Positions 8,035-16,141 of a DNA stretch of 17,731 bases are shown here, in pieces (the first letter of the stretch is position 1; every line of letters begins with the position of its first letter). The stretch spans positions 1 to 17,731 of the forward strand of contig JAZDJR010000022.1 in assembly GCA_043803815.1 (NCBI GenBank), written 5' to 3'. The notes beneath the pieces were generated by a model. The model saw only the letters and a list, made by a program, of their open reading frames with translations. It made no database searches and had not been told where the DNA came from. This stretch comes from Candidatus Micrarchaeota archaeon. Its GTDB lineage: Archaea; Iainarchaeota; Iainarchaeia; Iainarchaeales; JAGVWC01. A program made the translations under genes and the position numbers.

Positions 8035-8823
8035 TTAAAAGAACGCTTTTCTCGTCTTGGCGGTTGTTTTTTCGGCTATCGAAATGCAGAGGTCGATTTC
8101 GTCTTTGGTAAACGAACCCGCGCCTCCGCCTTTTTGAAACGCGGACAGGTAACCGTCTTCGGTTATGGCAACCGAAAAGCGGCAATTCATGGCTTTTTCT
8201 TCCGGCAAACTGGGGTCCAAAACAACGGTTCCCCCGATTTTGGCAAAAGTCGAAAGCAGGGGCAGGCGGTCCAGTTTCAATTTTTCGCCTTTTTCCCCGT
8301 ATATCGGAGCGTTTTTGGCGTCCAGTTTTGGAAAACGGGTTTCCTGAAACGCTTTTAACACGGCAATGGACGAGGCGTCGTACAAGTTGCCCGAAAAATT
8401 GAGCGGGTAAATGTCGGCAAACAGTATCCAGACTTTTTCGCCTTCTTTAATGCAGAGTTTTTCAAAGTCGATGGCTTTGGATTCGCGGATTCCGCGGTCG
8501 ACCACGCGCGACATTTCAATCGAATCCGCGCTGGGCGGGCCCGATTCGAAACTCGGGGAAGCCATCGGCGAATATTCGGCGGAAATCGTAATGCTGCCTT
8601 CGGCCGGAGAATCCGGATAGGGTTCGCCAACCAGGCATTTGACGCCGGCCAAAACGTCGGTTTCGCCGAGCTTGACGCGGCTGGTTGCTTCCGCGTTATG
8701 GCTGATGTCGGTTTGAATCGTCACTTTTCGCATTTCGTCGGCTTTTCGGCCGTCCATGCGCTTTCCTTCGCGCATTAATTCGAGCACGCGCTCGCTTTGC
8801 AAATCCCAAATCATTCCTCTCAT
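8035..8823 (-). CDS. rrp42: Exosome complex component Rrp42
   Basis: RMDGRK.DE.R, PYPDSP, RVVDRGIRESKAID and VLDP motifs. Confidence 0.96.
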   Translation of the reverse strand: MRGMIWDLQSERVLELMREGKRMDGRKADEMRKVTIQTDISHNAEATSRVKLGETDVLAGVKCLVGEPYPDSPAEGSITISAEYSPMASPSFESGPPSADSIEMSRVVDRGIRESKAIDFEKLCIKEGEKVWILFADIYPLNFSGNLYDASSIAVLKAFQETRFPKLDAKNAPIYGEKGEKLKLDRLPLLSTFAKIGGTVVLDPSLPEEKAMNCRFSVAITEDGYLSAFQKGGGAGSFTKDEIDLCISIAEKTTAKTRKAFF

Positions 8824-8840
8824 TTTTTCGTCACCTTTTT

Positions 8841-9623
8841 TTATTCTTTTTTCGCGCTTACCGTTTTGGCTTCTTTTGCGCTTTTGGCTTCGTCATCCAA
8901 AAACCGCTTTTTTAACGCGGTTTTTTGCATTTCGTAAACTTTGTGGCAGCCTTGGATTCCCAAATCGACGGCTTTTTGCCATTCGTCTTTTTTCAACAGG
9001 CCGTCCATTTGGAGCAAAACGATTTCGTTTGTGTTGGGCAAAACCGCCATTGGAATATCGACGGCGTCCGGGGCGTCTTCTTCGTCCTTGGTTAAGTCCA
9101 CCATGACGTGTCCGCCGGCTTTCCCGACCGTGCACGCGGCCAGCATGGAGCGCATGGGAATTCCCGCGTCCACGCACGCAACGCTTGCGGCGGTCAAGGC
9201 GGCAATTCTTGTTCCCGCGTTCGCGTCAAACAAAGTCGCGTAAACATCGATGGCGCAATTGGGAAATCGTTCGACCAAAATCGCGCTGGACAGCGCATCC
9301 GCCGAAATTTTGGAAATTTCGCTTTCGCGCCTTCCGGGCCGCGGATTTTTGCGGTCTGGAACGCTGAACGGCGCCATTCGGTACTGGTAATTGACAATGG
9401 CTTTGTATGGATTGGCCAGATGCTTGGGCAGGGCTTCGCGCGGCCCGTAAACCGCGGCCATAACCTTGTTGTATCCCCATTCCAGATAACAGCTTCCGTC
9501 GGCTTCGGGAATCACCCCGATTTCGATTTTGATTTCGCGCAAATCGGTTATTCCGCGGCCGTCCAATCGCTTTCCTTTTTTGTCCACATAGGTGGGTGCG
9601 TCTTCCGCTTTCTTTTTGGTCAT
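8841..9623 (-). CDS. rrp41: Exosome complex exonuclease Rrp41
   Basis: RLDGR, ADGSCYLEWG, VYGPRE, YRMAPFS, RRE.E, AGTR and LLQMDG motifs. Start taken at MTKKK (ORF track extends to 9638). Confidence 0.96.
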   Translation of the reverse strand: MTKKKAEDAPTYVDKKGKRLDGRGITDLREIKIEIGVIPEADGSCYLEWGYNKVMAAVYGPREALPKHLANPYKAIVNYQYRMAPFSVPDRKNPRPGRRESEISKISADALSSAILVERFPNCAIDVYATLFDANAGTRIAALTAASVACVDAGIPMRSMLAACTVGKAGGHVMVDLTKDEEDAPDAVDIPMAVLPNTNEIVLLQMDGLLKKDEWQKAVDLGIQGCHKVYEMQKTALKKRFLDDEAKSAKEAKTVSAKKE

Positions 9624-9644
9624 TTCTTCACACTCCAAAAAAAT

Positions 9645-10394
9645 TTATTCTTTCCATTGCTCGTTCGATTCGCTTTGCAAACCGTTATTATTCGGAATCT
9701 CAAACACCGGTCCGGCTTCGTTTTGCACCGGGCGGTTATTCGCAGGCCTTGAACTCGGCAGGGGAGCCATAGCGGGCGTTGAATCGATTTTCAAAAACTC
9801 GGCCATCATTTGGGTTAAATGCTCTTTGTGCGCTTCGTCGTCGATTTTTTTCAAGGCGATTTTTAACAGGTCAATATTGCCGCCTTTGGCCCAAACCAAT
9901 CCGTTTCTGCCGATCATGATGTTGGCGCCGGTTCCGCGCTTTAAAACATCCAGCATGGAGCCGTTTTTTCCTATCATGCGCGGCACTTTGACTGGAGAAA
10001 CCAAAACGATTTCGCCGCCGTAAAAAACGCGGACAAAACCAAGGCTGGTTTCGTGGGTTTCGCTGACTTCCATGATTTTGCCGGACACGATGCTGCCGGA
10101 TTTTAGCGAGTCGCGGATTTCTTTTTTGGAAACAAACGAATAGTAAAACGAATTAATATCCACCAGATAGCCGGCGTGCACGTCCATTGCGACAATTCCG
10201 ATGACTAAGTCGTCGCGCATTGGAATATAGCGCCCCTTTAGGGCCACTACGGAGGCAACCGAGCCTTCGTCCTGAAAAATGCCCAAGGTATCAGAAAAAA
10301 TCTTGCCTTGGCTTGCGTACACATGCTCGCCCATGCGTTTTCGCTCTTCGGTCAGCAATTCGCCCGGAACAACAATTTTTTTCACGTTTTTCAC
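9645..10394 (-). CDS. rrp4: Exosome RNA-binding protein Rrp4
   Basis: IVVPGE, YIP..DDLVIG (S1) and PVKVPRMIGKNGSM...IGRNGLVW (KH). GTG start at 10394 or 10385. Confidence 0.95.
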   Translation of the reverse strand: MKNVKKIVVPGELLTEERKRMGEHVYASQGKIFSDTLGIFQDEGSVASVVALKGRYIPMRDDLVIGIVAMDVHAGYLVDINSFYYSFVSKKEIRDSLKSGSIVSGKIMEVSETHETSLGFVRVFYGGEIVLVSPVKVPRMIGKNGSMLDVLKRGTGANIMIGRNGLVWAKGGNIDLLKIALKKIDDEAHKEHLTQMMAEFLKIDSTPAMAPLPSSRPANNRPVQNEAGPVFEIPNNNGLQSESNEQWKE

Positions 10395-10548
10395 CTTCGA
10401 TTTTGACTTTTTTTTAAATTTTAATTTTTTTTACTTTTTTAAGCATTTTTTATTTTTCGATTTTTTTCATTTTTTGTTTGAATTTTTATTGCATTTGATT
10501 TTTTTATCTTTTTTTTAATCGCATTTTAATTTTTTCTTGACTTTTTTT
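10395..10548. repeat. Extremely T-rich (+) / A-rich (mRNA) low-complexity intergenic tract
   Basis: About 150 nt made almost entirely of T runs between SBDS and rrp4; frequent stop codons on the - strand. Confidence 0.7.
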
Positions 10549-11241
10549 TTAGTTTAATATTTTGCTTTCGATTTGGCCGTGCGCCATTTTGTTAAGCTCG
10601 TTGAACAGGTCCTGCTTTAGACCGCTTGGCAGTTCGATTACGGCAATCAGGCTTCCGTCCCTTTGCCATTCCTCTTTTTGAACCCCGTATTTGTGCAGAA
10701 CCGAACTCGCGCGCGCGGCAACGCTTGCCGGCACTTTGAGCGCGATTTTGAGCTGCTCAAGCGAAATCGGAATCAATGGTTTAATCGCTTTTACCGCCAA
10801 AGGAACCTGTTCCTCGACGCTTTTGAACGCATCCACGACAAACTTGGCTTCTTCCAACGCGGTTTCAATCCGCTGCTTGGGGTGAGGCGTTTTGGTTTGC
10901 GGGTTAACCGCGTTTTGGGTGATAAAACCGATTAATTCCTGTCTTTTTTCCTCCAAAAATTTTCTGCGCTGGTCCGTTGTCAGCTGGACCTGGCCGTGCA
11001 GAATAATGTGCCGGACAACGGATTCAAAATCCGCGGTCTTGAACACTTTTACAATATTGGTTTCGGATTGTTCCTCGCCTTTTTTGGCGTCCTTGAAAAC
11101 CTCTTCCATGGCAACGAGATTGGAAATGGAAACGGCTTTTCCTTTTTTCAAATCCATGGCCAGATTCGGGTCGACCAGGATTTCAAACTTTAATCCGTCA
11201 TGTTCCAAACGCGCAATCACCGCGTCCTGTACGGTTACCAT
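10549..11241 (-). CDS. sdo1: Ribosome maturation factor SBDS/Sdo1
   Basis: AVIARL...FEILVDP, VFKDAKKG, QLTTDQRR and NPQT..PHP..RIE motifs. Confidence 0.96.
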   Translation of the reverse strand: MVTVQDAVIARLEHDGLKFEILVDPNLAMDLKKGKAVSISNLVAMEEVFKDAKKGEEQSETNIVKVFKTADFESVVRHIILHGQVQLTTDQRRKFLEEKRQELIGFITQNAVNPQTKTPHPKQRIETALEEAKFVVDAFKSVEEQVPLAVKAIKPLIPISLEQLKIALKVPASVAARASSVLHKYGVQKEEWQRDGSLIAVIELPSGLKQDLFNELNKMAHGQIESKILN

Positions 11242-11268
11242 AAACGCTGAACTTTCTGAAAAACCGCA

Positions 11269-12006
11269 TTACACGGTCTTGTTTTTTGCCAAAAAAGACT
11301 TTAATTCTTCTCTGGAAACCCGGGTCAATGGTTTTCCTTTTTCAATAAATGCGGCGTCCAATCGCTGGTATTCCAGCTTGGTTTTTTCGACGGCTGTTCC
11401 TTTTTTGAGGGCTTCAATCAATAAATCCATGGCGTCTTCTCTGGGCAAATTATCCTTGAATTTTTGCTCTAAAAAATCCATGGCTTCTTTTTTTCCTTTT
11501 CCAATCGCAATGGCGCGGTATTCGGCCAAAGCTCCCGACGGTTCAACTTCAAACAGGCGCGAACCGGTCTGGTCAACGCCTCCGATGATAAACGAAACCC
11601 CGAACGGCCGTACGCCGCCGTACTGCGTAAAATATTGGGCAACGCCGGAAACTTTTTTCACCAAAGCTTCGACTTCAATCGGCTCCTCGTAATAAATGGA
11701 ATTTTCCTGGGCTTCCTGACGCGCAAACTGGACTAAACGCCTTGCATCGCCGACCAGGCCGCTGGAAACCGCGCCGATGTGGTCGTCAATCGCGAATAAT
11801 TTTTCAATCGATTCGGGCAAAATCAGGCGGCTTGAAATCTTTTTGTCGGTCGCGAACAAAACGCCGTTATCGTACAATAAGCCGGCACCCAAAGTGCCTT
11901 GTTCCACGATTTTGGAAGCGTATTCAACCTGGTATAATCGGCCGTCGGGGCTAAACATCGTAGCCGTGCGATCATAAGCCTGTGACTTTGGCGAAACCGG
12001 ATACAT
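11269..12006 (-). CDS. psmA: Proteasome alpha subunit
   Basis: YDR.ATMFSPDGRLYQVEYA, SGLVGDAR and GGVRPFGVS motifs. Confidence 0.98.
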   Translation of the reverse strand: MYPVSPKSQAYDRTATMFSPDGRLYQVEYASKIVEQGTLGAGLLYDNGVLFATDKKISSRLILPESIEKLFAIDDHIGAVSSGLVGDARRLVQFARQEAQENSIYYEEPIEVEALVKKVSGVAQYFTQYGGVRPFGVSFIIGGVDQTGSRLFEVEPSGALAEYRAIAIGKGKKEAMDFLEQKFKDNLPREDAMDLLIEALKKGTAVEKTKLEYQRLDAAFIEKGKPLTRVSREELKSFLAKNKTV

Positions 12007-12073
12007 TCAACAAAACCCCCTAAAACAGCGGTTCTTCATTCCTAATTTGATACTAATACATACCGCATAAGCT

Positions 12074-12451
12074 TTAAAAAGATGGTTTTGATTTGGCCTG
12101 CAACCCCGCTTTTTTGCGGCTGCGCTTTAACGAACCGGATTTAAACACCAGTTCGGCTTTAAGCGGCTCGCTTTCCACCTTGTTCCACAATACAACGGCC
12201 GCCATTACGTCGGAAACGGATTCCAATGCGCATTGCACAATCAGCGCGTTTTTTTGGGAATTAAATTCGATTATTTTCAGTTTCTGGCGCGCAAGCCCGA
12301 CCGAGCCGTATAATTCGGACAAGAACTGAATCAGGGAATTGGAAACCGCGGAAGATGAAAGCGGTTTTGAAGCAGACAGCCTTGCAACCAAATAGCGTTT
12401 TTTTCCGCGCAGGGATTTAGGAATCGTTGCTGTTTTCTTTTTGGATTTCAT
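12074..12451 (-). CDS. pop5: RNase P protein component Pop5/Rpp14
   Basis: PKSLRGKKRYL, LYGSVG and KSGSLKR motifs; directly upstream of psmA. Confidence 0.9.
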   Translation of the reverse strand: MKSKKKTATIPKSLRGKKRYLVARLSASKPLSSSAVSNSLIQFLSELYGSVGLARQKLKIIEFNSQKNALIVQCALESVSDVMAAVVLWNKVESEPLKAELVFKSGSLKRSRKKAGLQAKSKPSF

Positions 12452-13079
12452 CGGAAAACGACTCCGCTTTTTCGGCAACAATTTCTTCTTCCGGCTCGTT
12501 TTTGGCTTTGGCGTCCAGTTCGGCTTCGTGCTTTTCAGCCTGGATTTTCAATTGTTTTTCAAACTCGAAAAAGCCAACAATGGAAACATTCAACTCGCCC
12601 GCTTTTTTCTGGAAAATCGCAAACGATTCTCCCATCAATGAAACCAAAATGGTTTTCACCGAATTCGGCTTAAACGCGGAAATTTCTTCCAGAAGCACAC
12701 GCGCGCTGTCTTCTTTTGGAAATCCGCCGGCGCCGGTTCCAATTGCGGGAATCGCAAGCGACTCGCATTCCAAAGAATCCGCAAGCTCCAGGGAATTCTT
12801 AATCGCTTTTCGGATGTTTTCTTCAATCGCGGGAACGCCCAGCTTGATTGCGGCCGCATGAATCACGAATTTGGCGTCAAGTTTTCCCGCGCTTGTGGCA
12901 ATGGCCTGTCCCAGTTCCGCGGGAGCGGCTTCAACGGCCTCGTCCTCGATATCTTTTCCGCCTTTTTTTTTGATGGCTGCGGCTACTCCGCCGTTCATCT
13001 TCAGCGAAACATCCGCGGCATTAATAATCGCTTCAACGGGCAGGTCCACGATGCTTTTTTGCACTAAAACAATCTGCAT
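12417..13079 (-). CDS. Macro-domain (ADP-ribose binding) protein with acidic C-terminal tail
   Basis: EAIINAAD..L.MNGGVAAAI, T.AGKL.AKFVIHA and PAIGTG.GGFP motifs. Start taken at MQIVLV. Confidence 0.9.
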   Translation of the reverse strand: MQIVLVQKSIVDLPVEAIINAADVSLKMNGGVAAAIKKKGGKDIEDEAVEAAPAELGQAIATSAGKLDAKFVIHAAAIKLGVPAIEENIRKAIKNSLELADSLECESLAIPAIGTGAGGFPKEDSARVLLEEISAFKPNSVKTILVSLMGESFAIFQKKAGELNVSIVGFFEFEKQLKIQAEKHEAELDAKAKNEPEEEIVAEKAESFSDEIQKENSNDS

Positions 13080-13119
13080 GGTTTCACTACCAAAAAAAGC
13101 GCCGACTACTTTAAATTCA

Positions 13120-13653
13120 TTACTCGGGTCTTTTTCCAAACCCAAACCAATCCGCCAATAGCCTGCGATTGGAGGCGTTTCTTTGTTCCCACGTGTTTTG
13201 GGCGCCGCTGACCACAAACCCCTTGGCTTTGGATTTTCGGACGATTTTAGCCAGCCAAAACGCATTCTTGAACAAAACGGACCAGCGAAAACGCTGGACG
13301 TTCCACCATTCCGAAAGAACCACTGCCAAAGCTACTTCGTTTTGAAACGCGGTATTTGCAATCGCCAAATCCACCGCGGGCTTTGGCGTGTTTACTGCAA
13401 CCAGCAAAAAATCGGCTTTGCGCTGTACGGCCCACATGGCAACCGAAGGAGTCTGGGATTCCACCGCAACCAAAAAACCCGAGTTTTTGATTTTGGAAAA
13501 CAACTGGTCGTCGGTTTTGGATAATGCGATGCAAATCCGGCTTTTTGACTCAGGATTTTTTTTTATTTTTTCAAAATCAGCTGGCGAAGAAACCCAAAGC
13601 ACTTGCCGTACATCGCTTGACGCATTTTCCGGTTCAAAAAAAACCAAATCCAT
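13120..13653 (-). CDS. rpp30: RNase P protein component Rpp30 (divergent)
   Basis: D.AIA..A.QNEVAL...L..IVRK.KA..FVVSGA....EQR pattern; position after rpl15e. Confidence 0.8.
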   Translation of the reverse strand: MDLVFFEPENASSDVRQVLWVSSPADFEKIKKNPESKSRICIALSKTDDQLFSKIKNSGFLVAVESQTPSVAMWAVQRKADFLLVAVNTPKPAVDLAIANTAFQNEVALAVVLSEWWNVQRFRWSVLFKNAFWLAKIVRKSKAKGFVVSGAQNTWEQRNASNRRLLADWFGFGKRPE

Positions 13654-13689
13654 AAGCAACTAAGGAAAAACAGGGTAAAAAACGAAGCG

Positions 13690-14298
13690 TTATTTGGCCT
13701 GATTGTGCTTGGCGCGCAGGCTTGGGCGGACTTTTTCGGTTCCGCGGCCCTTATGCAACAAACCCCTGCTCTTTTTGGCTGCACTGGTCAAACCGCGTTC
13801 TGCGCGGCCGGAATGCACGGAACCGGTAATCCATTTTAACGAAGAATCCCTTTGAATTTCAGGAGCGCTGGTGTCCACCAAAATGACTTCAAAAAACTTG
13901 TTTTTTCCGTCTTCGCCTACCCAATAACTGTTCAAAACTTCGCAATTCACAAACTTTTTCGTAGCTCTAATTTCCGCCATCGATTGAATGCTTTTTCCGC
14001 GCGTTATTTTTCGCACACCCATGTTTTTCGGGCGGCGGCCCAAGTATGGCCTGCGGTGCAAACCTGAACCTTTTCGGATTTTGACGCGAACAACCACAAA
14101 GCCTTTTTTGGCTTTGTAGCCCAATTGGCGCGCCCGAAAAGGATTCGTCGGCTTGTCCACCCGCACAATCGAGTCGGATTCGCGGCGAAACGAAATCAAG
14201 CGTTCATTGTACAACCGCCCCATTCCGAGGTCTTTAGGCGTCTTTCCTTTAAGAGTAGCCTGAAACGAGGCCATAATTGCGTTGGATGCCGTTGCCAT
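13690..14298 (-). CDS. rpl15e: 50S ribosomal protein L15e
   Basis: RARQLGYKAKKG, EVLNSYWVGEDG..KFFEVILVD and RGLTSA motifs. Confidence 0.98.
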   Translation of the reverse strand: MATASNAIMASFQATLKGKTPKDLGMGRLYNERLISFRRESDSIVRVDKPTNPFRARQLGYKAKKGFVVVRVKIRKGSGLHRRPYLGRRPKNMGVRKITRGKSIQSMAEIRATKKFVNCEVLNSYWVGEDGKNKFFEVILVDTSAPEIQRDSSLKWITGSVHSGRAERGLTSAAKKSRGLLHKGRGTEKVRPSLRAKHNQAK

Positions 14299-14442
14299 AG
14301 TTATAACCTAAAACAAGAAATTGCTGTAAAACCTATAAAAGGTATTCGACAATTACTATTAAAAAGGAAAAGGGCAAGTAAAAGCCGGCGATACCGGTTT
14401 AATCGTTTCAAACCCGACAAGATTAAAACCAAAAAATTTGAA

Positions 14443-14449
14443 TTATAAA
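14443..14449 (+). promoter_or_regulatory. Archaeal TATA box for tRNA-Val
   Basis: TTATAAA ending about 25 nt before the tRNA 5' end. Confidence 0.55.
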
Positions 14450-14474
14450 CCATTACCACCCAAAAATTATAATC

Positions 14475-14546
14475 GGGCCTATCGTCTATCGGTTAGGACG
14501 GCTGCTTGACGTGCAGCAAGGAGCAGTTCGACTCTGCTTAGGCCCA
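14475..14546 (+). tRNA. tRNA-Val(GAC)
   Basis: Acceptor GGGCCTA/TAGGCCC, anticodon arm GCTGC-TTGACGT-GCAGC, T arm AGCAG-TTCGACT-CTGCT, discriminator A; CCA not encoded. Confidence 0.95.
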
Positions 14547-14581
14547 ATTTAAACAAGCGGTTATATTTTGGCCGACTAATT

Positions 14582-15865
14582 TTATTTTATTTTTTTGATT
14601 CTGGTGAATTCTTTTTCCAGTTCGGATTTCAAAATTTCCAATTGATTCACGGTTTTTTCTGTCCGTTTGACATCCAGTTTGGACTGCACGAGTTCTATTT
14701 GGCGGTCCAGTTCCTGCAGGCGCGACCTGATTTCCTGGTTCAGGCGCTTTTCGATGTCTTCGGAAACTTGGGACACCGCGGCATCCATTTTGGAATCCAA
14801 AGACAATTTGGCTTGCTCGATTTCGCGGACTTTTTGCATCAGTTCCTCGGGGTTCACTTGGATTTTCAAGGCTTCAAACTCGGTCAAGGACTGGTGGACC
14901 TCGCTTGCCAGTTCGTCCACTTTTTGAATCGTCAAATGCTCTATTCGGCTTTGCGAATCAGCCACCAAGCCTTCGATAATATTGGTTTCCAGTTCCAAAG
15001 TCTTGCTTGCGCGCTCTTCCAAAGCGACGAGTTTTTGCTTGGAATCCGAAATAAGCGCTTCAAACCGGGACTGGGCTTTAAGCAATTCCGCATTGAATTC
15101 CGCCAGCTCCTCTTTTTGCTGTTTTTTCAAGGCCTGAGTCTGCTCGGACAGGTTTGAAAACAACTGCTGCATCATTTCTCCCTTGATGACAATCGCGCTT
15201 TCCTGTCCGCTTTTTTCCTCGCGCATTTTTTTGAGTTCCGCTATTTTTTGGTCGATTAAATCCGTAACTTCCCTTGTTTTGGAATCAATCGCGGAATTCA
15301 TTTTGGCTTTCAGCAAAATCTGCTGGCTTTCAAACAAAGACTCCATTTTTTGCACTTCTTTTTTTACCGCAGCGTCCACTTTGGAATCCAGCACTTTGTC
15401 CAAATCGTCGCGCAAGCGCTTCATTTCTTCCAACCGGTCGGTAACGGTCTGCAAAAGCCCCGATTCCCACAAACTTCCGAGGTTCGCGGTCGGGCGCTCA
15501 AGCGGTGCGGAACGCTTAAACTCGGTTGGAGCATTCGAAAAATCAAAACCGCTTTTTTCAACGGTTTCCTGCTTTTTCGCGGCAACAACCGCCGAGCGAC
15601 TAACAAACGCGCGGTGCTCCAAAGAACCCGCATTCGGGGAAACCGGCTCCTGCATTTCCTGCTTAACCGTTTCCAAAACGCCGCGAGCCGATTTTGGAAC
15701 GCTCATTACGGTCACGGGCAGTCCCTTGGCTTCCGCCAAAACGCGCCCGGATTCTTCTTCGCTGATTCCGACTTCTTTTAAATGCAAAATAACCTCTTCG
15801 TCCGGAACCCCCAACTTGACCAGTTTTTTTACCGAATCCAGCAAAACCTGATGCTTATCCGCCAT
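14582..15865 (-). CDS. Hypothetical long coiled-coil protein (427 aa)
   Basis: Start taken at MADKHQ because the longer ORF-track start lies inside tRNA-Ala. Heptad-rich E/K/Q/L C-terminal two-thirds. Confidence 0.8.
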   Translation of the reverse strand: MADKHQVLLDSVKKLVKLGVPDEEVILHLKEVGISEEESGRVLAEAKGLPVTVMSVPKSARGVLETVKQEMQEPVSPNAGSLEHRAFVSRSAVVAAKKQETVEKSGFDFSNAPTEFKRSAPLERPTANLGSLWESGLLQTVTDRLEEMKRLRDDLDKVLDSKVDAAVKKEVQKMESLFESQQILLKAKMNSAIDSKTREVTDLIDQKIAELKKMREEKSGQESAIVIKGEMMQQLFSNLSEQTQALKKQQKEELAEFNAELLKAQSRFEALISDSKQKLVALEERASKTLELETNIIEGLVADSQSRIEHLTIQKVDELASEVHQSLTEFEALKIQVNPEELMQKVREIEQAKLSLDSKMDAAVSQVSEDIEKRLNQEIRSRLQELDRQIELVQSKLDVKRTEKTVNQLEILKSELEKEFTRIKKIK

Positions 15866-15978
15866 ACGACAACAAAAGGAAAAAAGAGATATAATTGCCT
15901 TTTGTTTGGCGAAAAAAACCGCTTTTGGCCGATAAACCGAAATGTGGCGCCTACGGCGAATGGGTGCGGACGGTTGTA

Positions 15979-15998
15979 CAAAAAAAGTTTTCAAAAAG
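15979..15998 (-). terminator. Oligo-T terminator after tRNA-Ala
   Basis: TTTTTGAAAACTTTTTTT on the - strand immediately after the tRNA 3' end. Confidence 0.45.
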
Positions 15999-16001
15999 GT
16001 T

Positions 16002-16105
16002 TGGACCCACCGGGAGTCGAACCCGGACCTTCCCGATACTGGTTGCAATATCAACTCAAAATGATAAATGCCATCGGAAAATCATAGCCGTTAGACCATG
16101 GGCCC
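16002..16105 (-). tRNA. tRNA-Ala(GGC) with a 32-nt intron at 37/38 (16037-16068)
   Basis: Acceptor GGGCCCA/TGGGTCC with G3:U70. Spliced anticodon arm TTCCG-ATGGCAT-CGGGA with A32-U38 typical of Ala(GGC). T arm CCGGG-TTCGACT-CCCGG; 72 nt after splicing. Confidence 0.92.
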
Positions 16106-16141
16106 AAAACAACAAAATTCTTCCTTCCGGTTTATTGAATA

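Noticed and set aside
15948-15958. CGCC-TAC-GGCG mini-hairpin (REP-like)
   Set aside because: Only a 4-bp stem and noticed once; not distinguishable from chance.
16044-16052. ATTGCA inside the tRNA intron as an alternative Ala(UGC) or Cys anticodon via alternative splicing
   Set aside because: It would need an additional 7-nt intron with no BHB support. A32-U38 and G3:U70 fit Ala(GGC).
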